DNA of 64,000 bases. It comes from Minisyncoccota bacterium. Lineage in GTDB: Bacteria; Patescibacteriota; Minisyncoccia; Phycocordibacterales; UBA5272. The DNA is taken from contig JAGOQU010000002.1 of NCBI GenBank assembly GCA_018063165.1, positions 3,048 through 67,047 of the forward strand. The letters run 5' to 3'. Positions 30,006 through 39,542 of this stretch are shown here, one piece after another (position 1 is the stretch's first letter; each line of letters starts with the position of its first letter). The translations under genes were made by a program, and so were the position numbers. The notes beneath the pieces are model-generated. The model saw only the letters and a list, made by a program, of their open reading frames with translations, did not search any database and was not told where the DNA came from.

Positions 30006-31205
30006 ATGTATATGGATAAAATCATTACTGATGAAAAAAAGATTGACGAATTACTTTCTCGTGGTGTTGAAGATATTATTGTTAAAGATGATTTAAAAGC
30101 AGCACTGCTTTCTGGAAGACAACTTAGAATTAAATTTGGTATTGATCCAACAGGAGCAAAAATACATATAGGAAGAGCTGTTCCTCTCCGTAAACTTAGA
30201 GAGTTTCAAAAGTTAGGACATCAAATTGTTCTTATTATAGGTGATTTTACTGCGCAAGTTGGGGATGCTTCTGATAAAACAGAAAAACGTCCAATGATTA
30301 CTCGTGCGGAGATTGATGAAAATTTAAAAGATTATAAAAGTCAGATTGCAAAAATACTTGATATTACAAAAACAGAATTTGTATATAATAATGATTGGTT
30401 ATCTAAATTAACTTTTGGGGAACTTACAACACTTGCTGAATGTTTTTCTGTACAACAAATGCTTGCTCGTAGAAATTTTAAAGATAGATATGAAAATGGT
30501 ACAGAAATTTCTCTTAGAGAGTTTTTATATCCAATTATGCAAGGGTATGATTCTGTAGCTGTAAAAGCAGATGTTGAAGTTGGTGGTTTTGATCAATTAT
30601 TTAATCTCAAAGCTGGTCGTATTATTCAAGAATATTATGGAATGCCAAAACAAAGCATAGTAACATTTCAAATGGTTGAAGGTACAGACGGTAGAAAAAT
30701 GTCTACATCGTGGGGGAATATAATTACTATAGTAGATGAACCGTTTGATATGTTTGGAAAAATTATGTCAGTGCACGATGATTTACTTATTAAATATTTT
30801 ATTCTTTGTACTGATGTTTCTCTTGAGGATATACAAAACATGGAAATAGAATTAAAGAATGGTGTAAATCCTAAAGATATAAAAATGCGACTTGCAACAG
30901 AATTTGTAACAATGTATCACACAGAAAAAGATGCATCACTTGCAAAAAATTCTTGGATAGAAACGTTTTCAAAAGGAGGTCTTCCAGAAAATATACAAGA
31001 AGTATCTGTTGATAAAGAAAAAGAAATTGTAGATATTCTTTTAGAAGAAGGAATAGTTGCTTCAAAAACAGAATGGAGAAGACTTGTTGATGATAAGGCT
31101 GTGAGTGATCAAGATGGTGTACATATTACCGATGTAAAAGAAAAAGTAAGAAATGTAACTCTTAAAATAGGGAAGAAAAGATTTATAAAAATAGTTGTCA
31201 TATAA
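30006..31205 (+). CDS. tyrS: Tyrosine--tRNA ligase with C-terminal S4-like domain
   Basis: Class I 'HIGR' (HIGH-like) within 'GIDPTGAKIHIGRAV', 'KMSTS' (KMSKS), C-terminal S4-like 'WRRLVDDKAVSDQDGVHITD'. TrpRS not fully excluded. Confidence 0.65.
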   Translation: MYMDKIITDEKKIDELLSRGVEDIIVKDDLKAALLSGRQLRIKFGIDPTGAKIHIGRAVPLRKLREFQKLGHQIVLIIGDFTAQVGDASDKTEKRPMITRAEIDENLKDYKSQIAKILDITKTEFVYNNDWLSKLTFGELTTLAECFSVQQMLARRNFKDRYENGTEISLREFLYPIMQGYDSVAVKADVEVGGFDQLFNLKAGRIIQEYYGMPKQSIVTFQMVEGTDGRKMSTSWGNIITIVDEPFDMFGKIMSVHDDLLIKYFILCTDVSLEDIQNMEIELKNGVNPKDIKMRLATEFVTMYHTEKDASLAKNSWIETFSKGGLPENIQEVSVDKEKEIVDILLEEGIVASKTEWRRLVDDKAVSDQDGVHITDVKEKVRNVTLKIGKKRFIKIVVI

Positions 31206-31222
31206 CAATATAAATACTATAT

Positions 31223-31254
31223 AAAAAAACGAAAACATTGTTTTCGTTTTTTTA
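31223..31254 (+). terminator. Intrinsic terminator after tyrS
   Basis: aacgaaaaca-t-tgttttcgtt + T-run. Confidence 0.6.
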
Positions 31255-31275
31255 TTTATATAGTTTGATGTACTA

Positions 31276-31458
31276 TTACCAGTATCCTTCGTCATTCGCT
31301 TGGAAGGCGATATCTATTTCATCTGGCTCTTCATCTTCTTCTGTGAATATTTCTATTTCTTCGTCAATGATAATCTCCTCTTCAAAAACAGCATCAAGTG
31401 CATCAGGGTTAATATCACCTAATTTTGTTTCGTCTTTTGGTTCTTCTTCTATTAGCAT
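31276..31458 (-). CDS. Possible small highly acidic protein (60 aa)
   Basis: 'MLIEEEPKDETKLGDINPDALDAVFEEEIIIDEEIEIFTEEDEEPDEIDIAFQANDEGYW'; may be non-coding. Confidence 0.2.
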   Translation of the reverse strand: MLIEEEPKDETKLGDINPDALDAVFEEEIIIDEEIEIFTEEDEEPDEIDIAFQANDEGYW

Positions 31459-31536
31459 ATTATAAGCAAAATACCGTTAATGTATGAAAAGATACCATCT
31501 ATTTAGAATATACGCAAGTGGAAATACACAATAACA

Positions 31537-32049
31537 TTATAAAGTTGTGTTCCAAGAATTACTTTTTCTATGAGCACTATGGGTAAGAGCTATTGCAATT
31601 GCATCTATTTCATCATCAAGAATGCCTATTTTTAAAGGTTTTCCTAATATTTTTGGAACCATAAGAGCTATATCATCTTTTGTTGCTTTACCGTATCCTG
31701 TTACCGCTAATTTTATTTGTGGCGGTGAATATTCATGTATCTTTACGTCATGAATATGTGAAAGATATATACAAATACCACGAACTTCAGCTACTGTAAT
31801 GATTGTTTTTTGATTGGTTGTAAAAAAAAGTGTTTCTATTGCAAGTTCATGAGGTTTATATTTTTTAAGAATTTTTGTGAGTTCTTCTCCTATTTCTGCA
31901 AGTCTTACTTCAAAACTTTCTTTTTTAGACGTTGTTATACATTGTGAATGTATTAAAACTTCTTTGTTTCCTTCTTTATCCAAAATGCAAATACCAAGTC
32001 TGTCAAAACCAGGGTCAATACCAAGAATGCGAATAGGGGTGTTATTCAT
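31537..32049 (-). CDS. ruvC: Holliday junction resolvase RuvC
   Basis: 'IRILGIDPGFDRLGICIL', 'ELAIETLFF' catalytic Asp/Glu pattern; start taken at MNNTPIR. Confidence 0.8.
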   Translation of the reverse strand: MNNTPIRILGIDPGFDRLGICILDKEGNKEVLIHSQCITTSKKESFEVRLAEIGEELTKILKKYKPHELAIETLFFTTNQKTIITVAEVRGICIYLSHIHDVKIHEYSPPQIKLAVTGYGKATKDDIALMVPKILGKPLKIGILDDEIDAIAIALTHSAHRKSNSWNTTL

Positions 32050-32112
32050 GATGTGTAGTATAACAAATTTTTTTATTGACAAAAAGCATATTATGATGTA
32101 GATTTATGAACG

Positions 32113-32664
32113 TTGTTCATTACAATAGAAATGGAGAAATATATGCGTAGTTTAGTTGAGTTTTTCTTTTTAGTTGATGTCTTTATTACAAATACTCTTC
32201 AAAAATTTTGTTGGTGGACAGATAAAAAATATGGTAAAGATAATGTTTGGTGGTCAAAAATAACAATAGCTATTTTTTTTCCAACAACAGAAACAATTGC
32301 ATCTTATTTTTTTTGGCCAAATGAAAATAATACGTCAATGGGTGCTGTTTTTATTACCTTCTTTTTATTTGCATGGATTATTTCATATTTTTTTTATTTT
32401 TTCTCATCTTCAACAAGATCAATAGTTGAAAACGCAAAAGAAATCCCAAACAAAAATAAGACAGATTTCTTTGTTCTTGTTTTTAAAGGAAGTATATTGT
32501 TTGCGTCTATATTTTTTTCTGTATTCCCTATGGTAGGTTTACTAAATCCTAATAGTACAACAGCTTTTGTTTTCCCATTTTTTCTATCAGCAGAGTTAGT
32601 TCTCTATTTTCTTTGTACAGAGATTAGGCCTACTATTAAAACATGTTGGGTTGTAAAAAAATAA
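32113..32664 (+). CDS. Polytopic membrane protein, unknown
   Basis: 183 aa, 4-5 hydrophobic helices; terminator hairpin at 32707-32746. Confidence 0.4.
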   Translation: MFITIEMEKYMRSLVEFFFLVDVFITNTLQKFCWWTDKKYGKDNVWWSKITIAIFFPTTETIASYFFWPNENNTSMGAVFITFFLFAWIISYFFYFFSSSTRSIVENAKEIPNKNKTDFFVLVFKGSILFASIFFSVFPMVGLLNPNSTTAFVFPFFLSAELVLYFLCTEIRPTIKTCWVVKK

Positions 32665-32751
32665 AAGGTTACAGTTTGTACCTCAAAAAAACTGAATGCT
32701 GTAAATAAAAACAGCAACAATATATAGCATTTGTTGCTGTTTTTTTGATCC

Positions 32752-33735
32752 TTATTTTTTGAAATAGTGTATTGCTTTTTCTGTAGCTTTTCTACCTCGT
32801 GGTGTGCGTTCTATCATTCCTATTTGTAGAAGATATGGTTCAGTAACGTCCGCTATAGTTGCTTCTTCTTCACCTGTAGCTGCAGCAAGAGTGCTTATAC
32901 CAACAGGTCCACCATGAAACACATTAACAAGCGATTCAAGAACCATTCTTTCAGAAATACCTATACCAAATTCATCTATTTCAAGGAGTGATAAAGATGT
33001 GTCTATTACTTCTCTATCAATAAGTGCTTTATGCACCTGAGCATAATCTCGAGCTCGTTTTAAATAATAATTTGCAATACGTGGTGTGAATCGTGAACGT
33101 TTTGCTATCTCAAGTGCTGCATCGTGCGGGATTGATATACCTAATACTGTTGCACTATTTTTAACAATAGTTGCTATTTCGTCTTCATTATAATATTGAA
33201 GTCTATATGTTCCACCAGAAAAGCGTGATCTAAGTGGGCTTGAAAGAAGAGATATACGTGTTGTTGCTCCTATAAGAGTAAAAGGTGGTAAGTCTAATTG
33301 TATTGTTCTTGCAGATGGTCCTTTACCGATTACGATATCAAGTTTTCCTGATTCCATTGCTGGGTAGAGTACTTCTTCTATCATTTTGTTTAAACGATGT
33401 ATTTCATCGATAAAAAGAATATCACCAGGGGAGAGGTTGGTTAATATTGCAGCAAGATCACCGACTTTCATAATAGCTGGTCCTGAAGAAAGTTTTAAAT
33501 TAGCATTTAATTCTTTTGCTATAAGATGGGCTAGAGTAGTTTTTCCAAGTCCTGGCGGACCATACAATAGTATGTGTTCAGGAGGTGTATTACGCTCCTT
33601 TGCAGCGGTAAGAAGTATATGTAAATTCTTTTTAATAACTTCTTGACCTATATAATCAGAAAATTTTTCAGGTCTAAGAGTACTGTCTAAATGGCGTGTT
33701 TCTTCAAGGGTAATAATTGGGTCGTGTGCTTGCAT
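32752..33735 (-). CDS. ruvB: Holliday junction branch-migration helicase RuvB
   Basis: 'LLYGPPGLGKTTLAHLIAKEL', 'ILFIDEIHRLN', winged-helix C-terminus. Confidence 0.9.
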   Translation of the reverse strand: MQAHDPIITLEETRHLDSTLRPEKFSDYIGQEVIKKNLHILLTAAKERNTPPEHILLYGPPGLGKTTLAHLIAKELNANLKLSSGPAIMKVGDLAAILTNLSPGDILFIDEIHRLNKMIEEVLYPAMESGKLDIVIGKGPSARTIQLDLPPFTLIGATTRISLLSSPLRSRFSGGTYRLQYYNEDEIATIVKNSATVLGISIPHDAALEIAKRSRFTPRIANYYLKRARDYAQVHKALIDREVIDTSLSLLEIDEFGIGISERMVLESLVNVFHGGPVGISTLAAATGEEEATIADVTEPYLLQIGMIERTPRGRKATEKAIHYFKK

Positions 33736-34089
33736 AATAAGGGTCTTTAGGAAATATTTGACAAAAGTTTTTTATGTGATATAATTGATATAGTTTATAC
33801 AGATTTTGTCAATACGCTTTATCTGTATAACTATTTGTCAGAACGTATATATCTCTAAACAATCGGGATTTATCTCATATTCTAAGTCGAAGGACAGTCT
33901 GGTTATACTTGTTATATACTGTGCTTATCCTTACGGAGGAATATTCTTCACCAAGGGGTTGCTTAGAGGTATATGTGTTTTTGCGAATATAATAAACGTT
34001 TGTAATATATAGACCTTTTAAAGGGTCTATATTTTTTTATAGTAAGAATATTACTTACTATAAATATACAGAATACTAAAAAAGTATTA

Positions 34090-35793
34090 CTATAGTTCTG
34101 CGTACAAATCAACCGCACGAGAAACTTCTTCAAAAGATGTTAATCCTTCTAACACTTTTAGTATAGCATCTTCACGTAAGCTTGGTATTCCTTGATTTTT
34201 TGAAGCATTTACAATTTCTCGTTCGCTTGGATTTGTAATTAATATGGTTTCTATTGCAGAATTCATAACAACAGCTTCAAAAATACCAATACGACCACTA
34301 TATCCTGTACCTCCACAATGTTCACATCCTACAGCATGAAAAATAGTGTAATTAGTTTTAGGAACATGTGAAAGCATTGATTCTTCTTTTTTTGATATTT
34401 TCATGTCACCTAATATATTAGTGATAACCCTTGATTCTTTTTCATTTGTTTCATATACAGCTTTACATTCATTACATAACTTTCTTACAAGTCGTTGTGC
34501 GATGGCAAGAGAGAGGGCACTTGCAATCACTTTTGCATTAACGCCTAAATCAATAAGTCGAGGTATAGTTCCTGCGGCTGTATTTGTGTGCAGTGTTGAA
34601 AATACAAGGTGACCAGTAAGAGCAGCATTGATTGCTACTTTTGCAGTGTCTTCATCTCGTATTTCTCCAACCATGATTACGTCAGGATCTTGTCGTAACG
34701 CAGCACGTAACCCTGATACGAACGTATACCCTTTTTTAATATCAACTTGTGTCTGTGTGATACCTTCAAGATGATATTCTATTGGGTCTTCTATGGTTAT
34801 TATTTTAATTTCTTCTGAATAAGTAGTGTGAAGAAATGCATAGAGGGTGGTAGTTTTTCCACTTCCTGTAGGGCCTGTTGTTAAAATAACTCCATTTGGT
34901 TTACCGAGTGCATAATCGATAGTTTCGCGTAATTTTTTTGGAAATGCTATTTTACTCAAATCTGTTACTGCATTTCTTGGATCAAGTAATCTCATAACAA
35001 AATTCTCACCATAATTACCAGGAATAATAGATACACGTATATCAACCTCTGCTTCACCTAAATTAATACTAAATCTACCATCTTGTGCGTTTGCACTAGT
35101 AGAAAGTTTTAATCCACTTAATAATTTAAATCTACTTGTAATATTTTTAAGATCGTTAAAATCAATAAATGCAATATCTTCAAGAATACCATTTAAACGA
35201 TATCGTACACGCACCTTTTTTTCTTCAGGTTCTATGTGTATATCACTTGCATTAAATTTTAATGCACCAGCCATAATTAATTCTATGATACGTGTTGTTT
35301 TGTAGAGTATTGCTGATTTAGTTAACTCATCAAAAACATTTGTGAGTTGTTCTACATTAGAAAACCGGCTCATAAGTGTTGTCATTTTTTCTGGTGTAAG
35401 CTCAAGCATTCCATTTTCAACTTTTTGCCCAGCATGTAAATCTGCATAACGTGAATACACATGTTGAAGCGATGCATGAGAACACATAAAAAGAAGTATT
35501 TCGTAATGTTGTTCTTCTAGTGGTTTAACAATACTTTCTAGCTTTTCATTTTCAGGAGAAAGTGTAGCAATATATAGTTTTTTACCAACGGTTTTAAAAG
35601 CAGCAACACCTGCCCCTCTTGATTCTTCCTCTTTAAGTAAAAGCATTGCATCTGGTTCTGGTGCTATTCCACGAAGATCAATATAAGGGAGATTATATTT
35701 ATCAGAGAGTATTTTTACTAATGATTCCTCTTCCTCCTTTCGTAAATCTTCAAGTTCTAGTTTTTGTTTTTCGTCATTAAAAATAATCGTCAT
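34090..35793 (-). CDS. Type IV pilus assembly / type II secretion ATPase, PilB/GspE family
   Basis: Walker A 'GPTGSGKTTTLYA', 'VIMVGEIRD', His-box, tetracysteine 'CNECK...CEHCGGTGY'; start taken at MTIIFNDEKQ (the ORF extends to 35850). Confidence 0.8.
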   Translation of the reverse strand: MTIIFNDEKQKLELEDLRKEEEESLVKILSDKYNLPYIDLRGIAPEPDAMLLLKEEESRGAGVAAFKTVGKKLYIATLSPENEKLESIVKPLEEQHYEILLFMCSHASLQHVYSRYADLHAGQKVENGMLELTPEKMTTLMSRFSNVEQLTNVFDELTKSAILYKTTRIIELIMAGALKFNASDIHIEPEEKKVRVRYRLNGILEDIAFIDFNDLKNITSRFKLLSGLKLSTSANAQDGRFSINLGEAEVDIRVSIIPGNYGENFVMRLLDPRNAVTDLSKIAFPKKLRETIDYALGKPNGVILTTGPTGSGKTTTLYAFLHTTYSEEIKIITIEDPIEYHLEGITQTQVDIKKGYTFVSGLRAALRQDPDVIMVGEIRDEDTAKVAINAALTGHLVFSTLHTNTAAGTIPRLIDLGVNAKVIASALSLAIAQRLVRKLCNECKAVYETNEKESRVITNILGDMKISKKEESMLSHVPKTNYTIFHAVGCEHCGGTGYSGRIGIFEAVVMNSAIETILITNPSEREIVNASKNQGIPSLREDAILKVLEGLTSFEEVSRAVDLYAEL

Positions 35794-35856
35794 ACTAGTA
35801 GTATATAAGGCATATGACGAAGGTGATAGTGGATAGGGGTTTAAAAACAAATAAAA

Positions 35857-37119
35857 TCAAGAAAGTCTTTTTTGTAATTCTTCACGAGTTACCGTCGCGT
35901 CGTCCCATATTTCCTTTGTTCCAGAAGGTCCCATAATATAAGGATCTGTTCCTTTACCTGTAATAAGTATAGTATCACCAGTTTTTGCAAGAGAGATAGC
36001 GTGTGCTATAGCTTGTCTTCTGTCGACTATGATATGTGGTGTATGTGTAGTAACTCCAGAAGCAACTTCATTGATTATTTTAAGAGGGTCTTCATCATAA
36101 GGGTCTTCGTTAGTAATAATAATTTCATTACAATACTCATCTGCTATTTTTCCAAGTACAGGTCTTTTCCACCCATCACGTCCACCACCAGTAGAACCAA
36201 GTACTGCTATTTTTCTAGATGAATCGAATGTTTCATATAGTTTTCGAAGTGAATCATCTGTATGTGCGTAATCAACAATAACTGTAAAATCTTGACCACA
36301 TTCTATTTTTTCAACTCTTCCACGTATAAGAGAAAGTGACTCGATACCTTTTTTTGATTCATTGATACTTAAACCAAGTTCTTGAGCGAGTGATAATGCA
36401 GCAAGTGCGTTTGATATATTGAATTTTCCAGGAAGAGGTATAACTATAATATTTCCTTTGTAATCAATAATACTTGAATCACTTGTTTCAGAAATAATGC
36501 GAACATGTTTAAGAGAATAACCAATATTTTTTTCTATAGGTTGGGTAAGAAATGAATATGCGTGTTCGTTATCAATATTTGCAATAGAAAGGCGTATAGG
36601 TTTTTTACTCTTTGAAAGATGTTTAACAAGACGAAGCTTTGCCTTTTTATATTTTTCAAAAGAACCATGACTTTCTATATGTTCTGGAGATAAATTAGTA
36701 AAAATAAGAGCATCCATCTCAACACCAGTATGACGGAAAAAGCGAGCACCTTCTGAAGTCATTTCAATAATTGCATATTCGCAACCAGCATCTACTGCGT
36801 CACGAAGAAATTTTTGTGTAAAAAATCTCCCTGGCATTGTCATTTTAAATTTATTTGGACGAGTAGTGTCTCCAACTTTAAAACGTATTGTTGAAAGTAT
36901 CGCTGTTTTCTTTCCCGCACCTTCAAGTGCTGCGCTTACGAATTCTGTGGTAGACGATTTTCCTTTTGTTCCTGTGATACCTATAACATAGATATGTCTT
37001 GATGGTTTACGATAAATAATAGTACCCAATAAAGCAAGGGTAAAATGATAATACGGTTGAAGTGCTTTATAGACTTTTCTCGGTATTATCTTTTCTGTTG
37101 TGCGTAGTATTTTTTCCAT
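35857..37119 (-). CDS. Mur ligase family protein (MurE/MurT-like, short N-terminus)
   Basis: 'GITGTKGKSSTTE' P-loop, 'EMTSEGARFFR', 'FTNLSPEHIESHGSFEKYKKAK'. Confidence 0.6.
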   Translation of the reverse strand: MEKILRTTEKIIPRKVYKALQPYYHFTLALLGTIIYRKPSRHIYVIGITGTKGKSSTTEFVSAALEGAGKKTAILSTIRFKVGDTTRPNKFKMTMPGRFFTQKFLRDAVDAGCEYAIIEMTSEGARFFRHTGVEMDALIFTNLSPEHIESHGSFEKYKKAKLRLVKHLSKSKKPIRLSIANIDNEHAYSFLTQPIEKNIGYSLKHVRIISETSDSSIIDYKGNIIVIPLPGKFNISNALAALSLAQELGLSINESKKGIESLSLIRGRVEKIECGQDFTVIVDYAHTDDSLRKLYETFDSSRKIAVLGSTGGGRDGWKRPVLGKIADEYCNEIIITNEDPYDEDPLKIINEVASGVTTHTPHIIVDRRQAIAHAISLAKTGDTILITGKGTDPYIMGPSGTKEIWDDATVTREELQKRLS

Positions 37120-37120
37120 G

Positions 37121-37681
37121 TTATTGAAGTTGTTGTAATGCTTCTTTAATAAGTGTGCTTGTTGTTTTTCCTTCAGTGTGTAATTCTTTTATTGCATGTT
37201 GAATTTCTTTTGCAGAATAACCTAGTGTTTCTAGTGCTAGTTTTACTTCAAAAGTAGAGTCATCCTCTTCTTCTCCAAGAAGATGAGATAATTTTCCTTT
37301 TAATTCAATAATTATTTTTTCTGCAGTTTTTTTACCTACACCTGGTGTACTTGAAAGTGCTCCTGCGTCTCCATTTTCTACAGCATGAGCTATAGAAGAC
37401 GGAGAATGAACAGAAAGCATAGAGAGTGCACTTTTTGGTCCTATACCAGAAACACTTGTTAATTTTTCAAATAAAAATAAGTCGTGCTCATCTTTAAAAC
37501 CAAATAACGTTATTTGATCTTCTCGTACATGTGTATGTATATGAATTGAAAGCTCTTCATTTACAGAAAGAGAGAGTAATAAGGGGAGTGGTGCAAGTAT
37601 TTTGTAGCCAACACCACCTACGTCTAATAGTAGTATATTTTCTTTAACTATGAGCACTTTACCGCGAAGAAATCCAATCAT
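37121..37681 (-). CDS. ruvA: Holliday junction DNA helicase RuvA
   Basis: 'MIGFLRGKV', HhH 'VSGIGPKSALSMLS' and 'TPGVGKKTAEKII'. Confidence 0.8.
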   Translation of the reverse strand: MIGFLRGKVLIVKENILLLDVGGVGYKILAPLPLLLSLSVNEELSIHIHTHVREDQITLFGFKDEHDLFLFEKLTSVSGIGPKSALSMLSVHSPSSIAHAVENGDAGALSSTPGVGKKTAEKIIIELKGKLSHLLGEEEDDSTFEVKLALETLGYSAKEIQHAIKELHTEGKTTSTLIKEALQQLQ

Positions 37682-37688
37682 AAATATA

Positions 37689-38051
37689 TTAAAAAGAAAG
37701 AGCTATATAAAGAACTAATCCAATAAAAACAATAACGGAAGCAAATATTATTATACTAAAAAAAGAAAGTGTGTTTTTTACTAGATTAGAATTAACTTCT
37801 TGATTAGTATCTTGAAATTTTTTATTAATAATTTTTGAAGCTATTATTATAGGTATAATTGTTATAAAAAAGAATATTTCAAAAAGGTAAGATAAAAAGT
37901 CAAATATAGTTGTATTTTCATTTCCTGGTTTAATAAAACCATTCTTGAAAAGAATATCAAATATAGGAAAAACAGAAATTCCTCCAATAATCATTATTAG
38001 TATAAAACTAGAATAAAGTAAGTTTTTTCTTTTTTGTTGTTTGTTTTCCAT
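37689..38051 (-). CDS. Small membrane protein (120 aa)
   Basis: 3-4 hydrophobic helices. Confidence 0.35.
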   Translation of the reverse strand: MENKQQKRKNLLYSSFILIMIIGGISVFPIFDILFKNGFIKPGNENTTIFDFLSYLFEIFFFITIIPIIIASKIINKKFQDTNQEVNSNLVKNTLSFFSIIIFASVIVFIGLVLYIALSF

Positions 38052-38339
38052 ATTTAATTATTAATATAAAGTATATCATTATTTATAGTGATAGTATTAG
38101 TATTTAGAGTCTATTTTTGTCAGGATTATGTTTCTTATATAAAGTTTTTTTATTATTAGGTTATTAATATAAAGGGTTTTTATGAATAATTTATTTTATG
38201 ATTTGTTTTAAACTATAAGTTTAGGTGTTTTAGGGGTTAGTATAAAATCTTCATTAAAGAAATTTTAAAATCTTTTATAGAATATTACCCTTGAAAAGAG
38301 TCTTCTGTTGTGGTATAGTGATACACACAAATAAAAGAT

Positions 38340-38609
38340 ATGGCAATTACAAAAAATGCAAAAAGAGGAGTACGTGTAAGCGAAAGAAAGAGAGTTGTTA
38401 ATGACAAACTTCGTCGCACACTAAAAGAAGCAGTAAAAACCGTTCGTAAGGACGTTATTGCAAAAGATAAAAAAGCTACAAAAACTGATTTATCTCTAGC
38501 TTTTAAAGCTCTTGATAAAGCAGCAAAGCGTGGAACAATAAAGAAGGGTACAGCTGACCGTAAGAAGTCACGTTTAGCTAAAGCTGTAGCAAAACTAGAC
38601 ACGAAGTAG
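38340..38609 (+). CDS. rpsT: 30S ribosomal protein S20
   Basis: Basic 89 aa, 'KNAKRGVRVSERKRVVNDKLRRTLKEAVK...'. Confidence 0.85.
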   Translation: MAITKNAKRGVRVSERKRVVNDKLRRTLKEAVKTVRKDVIAKDKKATKTDLSLAFKALDKAAKRGTIKKGTADRKKSRLAKAVAKLDTK

Positions 38610-38642
38610 TTTAAAAACACCACATAGTTGTGTGGTGAGTAT

Positions 38643-38714
38643 GCTCTCGTAGTTCAATGGATAGAATTCAAGTTTGCGGTACTTGCGATGCAGGTTCGAT
38701 TCCTGCCGAGAGCA
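38643..38714 (+). tRNA. tRNA, manual fold gives anticodon GCG (Arg); identity needs tRNAscan confirmation
   Basis: Acceptor GCTCTCG/CGAGAGC, anticodon stem CAAGT/ACTTG with loop TTGCGGT, T-arm CAGGTTCGATTCCTG. Confidence 0.65.
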
Positions 38715-38758
38715 CAAATACAAAACAACGACACCAAAGTGTCGTTGTTTTGTATTTG
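38715..38758 (+). terminator. Long perfect hairpin immediately 3' of the tRNA
   Basis: caaatacaaaacaacgacac-caaa-gtgtcgttgttttgtatttg (20-bp stem). Confidence 0.6.
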
Positions 38759-38856
38759 TGATCGAGAGAAAGCCAACTACTTGGCTTTCGTGTAAGAATC
38801 GAATAGGGGTCGAGGAGTCTCCTGTTTTATGTATTCATAAAACGAGACGAGGTGAC

Positions 38857-38872
38857 CGATTCCTGCCGAGAG
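38857..38872 (+). repeat. Direct copy of the tRNA 3' end (cgattcctgccgagag), ~160 bp downstream of the original at 38697..38712
   Basis: 16/16 nt identity; the similarity extends into the following 'acaaatacaaa'. Confidence 0.75.
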
Positions 38873-38909
38873 ACAAAATACAAATAACTTACTTTTAACA
38901 GTAGGGGTT

Positions 38910-39509
38910 TTAATCGTTGTTTTTCTTTGAATTATTTTCTTTCTGATCAATGTACCTTCTGAGTAGGAAGCTTCCAGTTTTGCCAAGTATATTAATTCCT
39001 CCGATGATTACTATTGCAGTAGCAATAATACCAAACTCATAACGTTTAACTTTACCGAGTATTTCTTCTAATAAATCACCAAACATATATCCTGCTCCAC
39101 CTACAACAATAACCCATACAATGGCAGCCAAAAAATTCCAAAATATAAACTTTTTAACCGGTAATGATGACATACCTAATCCAAAAGGAATTACGTGTCT
39201 AAACCCATACATGAACCGTAAAGCAAAAGCTGTTACTTCTGGTTTTGCATGGATAACTTTAAGTGGCTTACCCATATATTTTCTAAACCATTCATATTTA
39301 TGCATGAGTTTGTGACCTTTGTATCTTCCAAGTAAAAACCATGCCATATCACCGGTTACAGCACCTAAAAATGCAGCTATAAAAAGAGGTGTGATGGATA
39401 AGTAACCTTCGTATACAGCAAATCCTCCTAGAATAAGAACGCTTTCACCTTCAAATATTGAAACAAAAAAAACAGCAAGATATCCATATGTGATAATAAG
39501 TTGAATCAT
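38910..39509 (-). CDS. DedA/SNARE-associated family membrane protein
   Basis: 'VFFVSIFEGESVLILGGFAV' DedA signature, ~200 aa polytopic. Confidence 0.65.
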   Translation of the reverse strand: MIQLIITYGYLAVFFVSIFEGESVLILGGFAVYEGYLSITPLFIAAFLGAVTGDMAWFLLGRYKGHKLMHKYEWFRKYMGKPLKVIHAKPEVTAFALRFMYGFRHVIPFGLGMSSLPVKKFIFWNFLAAIVWVIVVGGAGYMFGDLLEEILGKVKRYEFGIIATAIVIIGGINILGKTGSFLLRRYIDQKENNSKKNND

Positions 39510-39542
39510 ATTAAGTGAGGTGATTTTATAAACATAATTATA

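Noticed and set aside
38713-38856. The ~145-bp segments between tRNA 3'-end direct repeats as integrated prophages or ICEs
   Set aside because: They are far too small to encode an integrase or cargo. They are retained as att-like scars or miniature elements rather than called as mobile-element genes.
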